IMG/VR virus record: IMGVR_UViG_3300003321_000657 | Direction: 5' to 3' (one strand) | DNA length: 64,000 bases | Origin: an uncultured virus (IMG/VR IMGVR_UViG_3300003321_000657) | Taxonomy: Duplodnaviria > Heunggongvirae > Uroviricota > Caudoviricetes | Shown: positions 60,834 through 64,000 of the stretch, in pieces | Numbering within the stretch: the stretch's first letter is position 1 | Layout of the letters: each line of letters begins with the position of its first letter | Program-made: the position numbers and the translations under genes | The notes under the pieces: generated by a model | The model's input: only the letters and a program-made list of their open reading frames with translations | The model's database searches: none | Told to the model about the DNA's origin: nothing

Positions 60834-62870
60834 TTACGGCGTGTCCCACAGCCACCCGAACGATCCCACTAGGACCGAGCTGGTTCCTGACGCCGTGTTC
60901 TGAGCGAACTGCGGAATGAATGTGCCGGTGCTGCTGGCGGTCACGGTGCCGTAGAACTCTACACGGTTGAACGCCTGATTGGTCGAGATCAGAGCCGTGT
61001 TCAGTGCCGTAGAGTTCGTGCAGACGGGCGCTGTTCCGGTCGTGGTCGCCATTGCAGAGCACGCGAACAGGGACGCAGTCGCTGCGCCACCGTTAAAGTC
61101 GAACTTAGCTCCGCCAGCTCCCGAACATGTCGTGATAAAGCAGATCCAGAACGTATACGTTCGGCCATTTGTAATGGTCCACGACGGCATGTTTGTGGAT
61201 GACAGATTGGTGTCGGTCTTATCGGCCTGAGTCGTGACGCGTTTTAGACCGGCCGTCTGGAACCATGCTTGGGTGGTTCCGCCGTTCCCGGTGTTTGGCT
61301 GGAGTACTCCAGCAGCTACACGGTTTATGCCGGTGTCCGCCGATGCGATGTAGAGATCGTTGGTGGTAGCCGAATTGATGGCAGCCACGCTTTGTATAAT
61401 GGATGAAGAAGATCCTTTTACAGCACCAGATCCAGTGCCGATGATAATAGCATTTTGAGTTCCAGAAGCATTAGTATCAGTGCCCTTACCTAAAAGAGTA
61501 TTTCCAGTTCCAGTAGTTAAAGTTATACCCGCTGCTGATGCTCCTATGATGGTATTGGTGCCACCTGTTACATTCAACCCACAACTATCCCCAACGAAAG
61601 TATTATTGTTTCCATTAGTAATTGCTGCTCCAGCGCTATTTCCAATAATTGTGTTACCTTGTGCGGTCGCCCCTGCTTTACCTGCACCCTTGCCGATGAC
61701 AGTGCCACCATTTGGAGCTACGGCATTGAACCCGATTGCTGTACAATTGATTGCTGTGGCAGCTCCGACGTTAGATCCGCTTCCATATAACGAGTTTCCT
61801 CCAGAAGCAGAACCGTTTGAAAGCAGTCCGGCCTGATGCCCGATGAACGTATTGTCATTGTCACTCGCACCAGCGGCTGCATTTGCGGCTTGATAGCCGA
61901 TGTAAGTATTGCGGACACCGGCTACATTCTGATTGCCCGCCTGCGTTCCAACGCATGTATTATTGTTCGCAGTATTGTTTGTGCCAGCCTGATACCCAAC
62001 AAAAACGTTTCCGCTTAATCCTCCAGAGCCGCTCAAGCCACCGGCAGCAGATCCGATCAGGGTGTTTTGATTTCCAGTGGTTACATTGCTTCCGGCCAGA
62101 GACCCGACGAAGGTGTTGTCTCCATTCGTCAGGATGGTTCCAGCCTGAAACCCGATCAAGGTATTGTTGTCCTGAGCTCCTCCGCTTGTAACCGTCAAAG
62201 CGGCTCCAGCCTGACTTCCAACTATGGTATTCTGCTTAGAAGTTGAGACGAGCTTTCCCGCCTGATTGCCAACGAACGTATTGTCATTTCCGGTAGTGAG
62301 AGCGTTTCCCGCACTGCCGCTTCCGAGGACGATATTACGCGACCCCTGTGTGCTCGCTCCGATCGATCCAGTGCCTTGGACTTGTATCGCAGCTCCGCTT
62401 CCGACTATCATCGTGGCGGTTGTGTTCGTTCCGCTGGTGATAGTCGCGAACGAAGCTCCTCCACTGCCCGGATCTCCCTGCACAAACGCCTGCCCGAAAG
62501 TGCAGGTCATTAGCGCATTCGGGTTGCCAGAACCTACACCCGTGATGCGGATGCGGTAGTTATCGCTGGCTGTACTGGAGAAGCTGAAGTTGTAGTGGAA
62601 GTTGCTGCGCACACCACCGGGGATATTCCCAGTGTAGCTCTGCACGACCGTATTGGTCGTCGCATCGAACAGATCGATCGTGAAGTTAACGTCGATCGGA
62701 GCGCCCATAAAGACATTGATGGCGATGTTTGAAATTTCACCGTTGGCCATGGTGAAATTGTTGCCGCTCACGGTGATATTCGTGTTGTTGATCAGTCCGG
62801 CGATCGCCAAAGTCGTGGGCGAGCTGCCGACCACCGTCGTGCCGAAGTTGAGCAAGCCTGAACTAGACAT
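60834..62870 (-). CDS. Fibre/adhesin-like protein with beta-helix repeats
   Basis: Many N-T-x-(V/I)-G-x-x-A-G repeats; Gly/Asn/Thr-rich. Confidence 0.75.
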   Translation of the reverse strand: MSSSGLLNFGTTVVGSSPTTLAIAGLINNTNITVSGNNFTMANGEISNIAINVFMGAPIDVNFTIDLFDATTNTVVQSYTGNIPGGVRSNFHYNFSFSSTASDNYRIRITGVGSGNPNALMTCTFGQAFVQGDPGSGGASFATITSGTNTTATMIVGSGAAIQVQGTGSIGASTQGSRNIVLGSGSAGNALTTGNDNTFVGNQAGKLVSTSKQNTIVGSQAGAALTVTSGGAQDNNTLIGFQAGTILTNGDNTFVGSLAGSNVTTGNQNTLIGSAAGGLSGSGGLSGNVFVGYQAGTNNTANNNTCVGTQAGNQNVAGVRNTYIGYQAANAAAGASDNDNTFIGHQAGLLSNGSASGGNSLYGSGSNVGAATAINCTAIGFNAVAPNGGTVIGKGAGKAGATAQGNTIIGNSAGAAITNGNNNTFVGDSCGLNVTGGTNTIIGASAAGITLTTGTGNTLLGKGTDTNASGTQNAIIIGTGSGAVKGSSSSIIQSVAAINSATTNDLYIASADTGINRVAAGVLQPNTGNGGTTQAWFQTAGLKRVTTQADKTDTNLSSTNMPSWTITNGRTYTFWICFITTCSGAGGAKFDFNGGAATASLFACSAMATTTGTAPVCTNSTALNTALISTNQAFNRVEFYGTVTASSTGTFIPQFAQNTASGTSSVLVGSFGWLWDTP

Positions 62871-62888
62871 ATTGCGTTACTCCCCTAC

Positions 62889-63959
62889 CTACAGTTGTGA
62901 ATCCAAGGTGTAATGCCCGGTCAACTCATTGCTGTCGGTTCCGGCCGTAACCTTTACGCCGCAGCCGGAAAGACCAATGTTTTGCGATGTGACGGCTACG
63001 TTCGCTCCCGGTCCTGTCGTGTCTCGCCAATTGGCAGTGGTTCCGGCCGGTGTCAGTAGTGTCACGGTCGGCGTCTTTGGCTTGCGCTGTCGGTAACGGA
63101 TCGGAGTGACTGACGTGGTTCCGACCTGCATCGTCTGCACCGACCCTACCAGAGTGTTGGTCGCTGACGGCGTATCGATGTCGTACGACTTCTCGTAGAA
63201 GCGCTCCACTCTGGCCTGATCCTCCGCGGCCGAGAGCGGATACCATGCCGTACGCACGGCTCCGCCGATGTTGAGGTGGCACTCGCCCACATCGAATGTC
63301 TCATTGATCGCCATACTGTCTTCGATCATGATCGCGACGACCAGATTGCTGATACCGCTGCCCGGCATCGTGAACGACACATTCCACGTTCCGATGCTTG
63401 TCCCTGCGCTGGCGGCGCTGATGAGCGTTGTTCCAATGTAGGCCCAGTTGGCATTGAGACTCATCGGACTGGTCGTGAAGTCCGAGATCGGAGCGGTCAT
63501 GGCGTCCGCTGTGCCGGAGAAGTTCAGGAACGCCAAGCGGAACGCGCGCGCTGTCGAGAACTGAATATTGATCTGAAAGTTGACCGTCTGGTTGAGCAGT
63601 CCAAGCGTCACCAGATTCTCGATGCCCTGAAAGATGACCATGCGCCCGGCATTGGTGATCTTTTTGAAGCGGCCGCGGTTAGCCGAGATCCAGCCCGACA
63701 CGCCAGAGTTCGACACGCGCTGATACTGCATGCCAGCATTTTGCTGCGTCATCTTCCAGCAGTCGGCGCCGTAGCTGTTGTCGGAGATGGTGGTCAGCGT
63801 ACCCGGAGTCTGGAGCTGGGCGAAGTTGAAGCCGGGGTTACACAGCAGGTTCTGCTCTGGCCGTGCGCCAGCCGCGAGACTGGCGAGCGCGACGCTGCCG
63901 TCCACGATCTGACTTGAAGAGCTGATGTTGGCTGGCGGTTTACAGATCATGTACGTCAA
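62889..63959 (-). CDS. Tail-fibre-like protein
   Basis: QNLLCNPGFNFAQ, ADCW, RFYEKSYD, KPKTPTVT pattern typical of phage fibre domains. Confidence 0.65.
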   Translation of the reverse strand: MTYMICKPPANISSSSQIVDGSVALASLAAGARPEQNLLCNPGFNFAQLQTPGTLTTISDNSYGADCWKMTQQNAGMQYQRVSNSGVSGWISANRGRFKKITNAGRMVIFQGIENLVTLGLLNQTVNFQINIQFSTARAFRLAFLNFSGTADAMTAPISDFTTSPMSLNANWAYIGTTLISAASAGTSIGTWNVSFTMPGSGISNLVVAIMIEDSMAINETFDVGECHLNIGGAVRTAWYPLSAAEDQARVERFYEKSYDIDTPSATNTLVGSVQTMQVGTTSVTPIRYRQRKPKTPTVTLLTPAGTTANWRDTTGPGANVAVTSQNIGLSGCGVKVTAGTDSNELTGHYTLDSQL

Positions 63960-64000
63960 TCTCCATCACATCTAACTCACCTTGCGCTTCTTCTGTCGGC

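Noticed and set aside
60834..63959. Diversity-generating retroelement acting on the fibre genes
   Set aside because: No reverse transcriptase and no template/variable repeat pair seen in this window.
1..64000. Genome-wide stop-codon reassignment
   Set aside because: TGA, TAA and TAG all end well-formed genes, and ATGA overlaps are frequent. Only one internal TGA was noticed.

Overview
This window looks like part of a large, GC-rich bacteriophage genome; no capsid, portal or terminase gene is recognisable in it, and the host cannot be determined. Positions 1-56.9 kb carry densely packed, often translationally coupled + strand genes. These include nucleotide-metabolism genes (pyrD, pyrC, tmk, thyX), a solo TnpB plus a second TnpB remnant, a HerA-like ATPase, a tmRNA, an HD hydrolase, a phosphatase, dozens of small hypothetical genes, a GHKL ATPase, a Ycf46-like AAA/DUF1257/DUF2997 module, a Topo VI-A/Spo11-like protein, a tyrosine recombinase, a J-domain protein and HNH nucleases. 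They converge at about 56.9 kb with minus-strand genes for probable virion proteins (membrane-anchored and fibre-like). The most striking element is a mostly non-coding unit at 24.7-26.75 kb. In order it has three enhancer-like palindromes, two IHF-like sites, a sigma54 (-24/-12) promoter, an rRNA-type boxA, a structured leader, one basic protein gene, a terminator, and a ~800-nt highly base-paired, pseudoknotted RNA ending at a second terminator. An AT-rich palindrome (core AAACGTTT) recurs every few kb across the window. All family assignments come from motif recognition by eye, not database searches.
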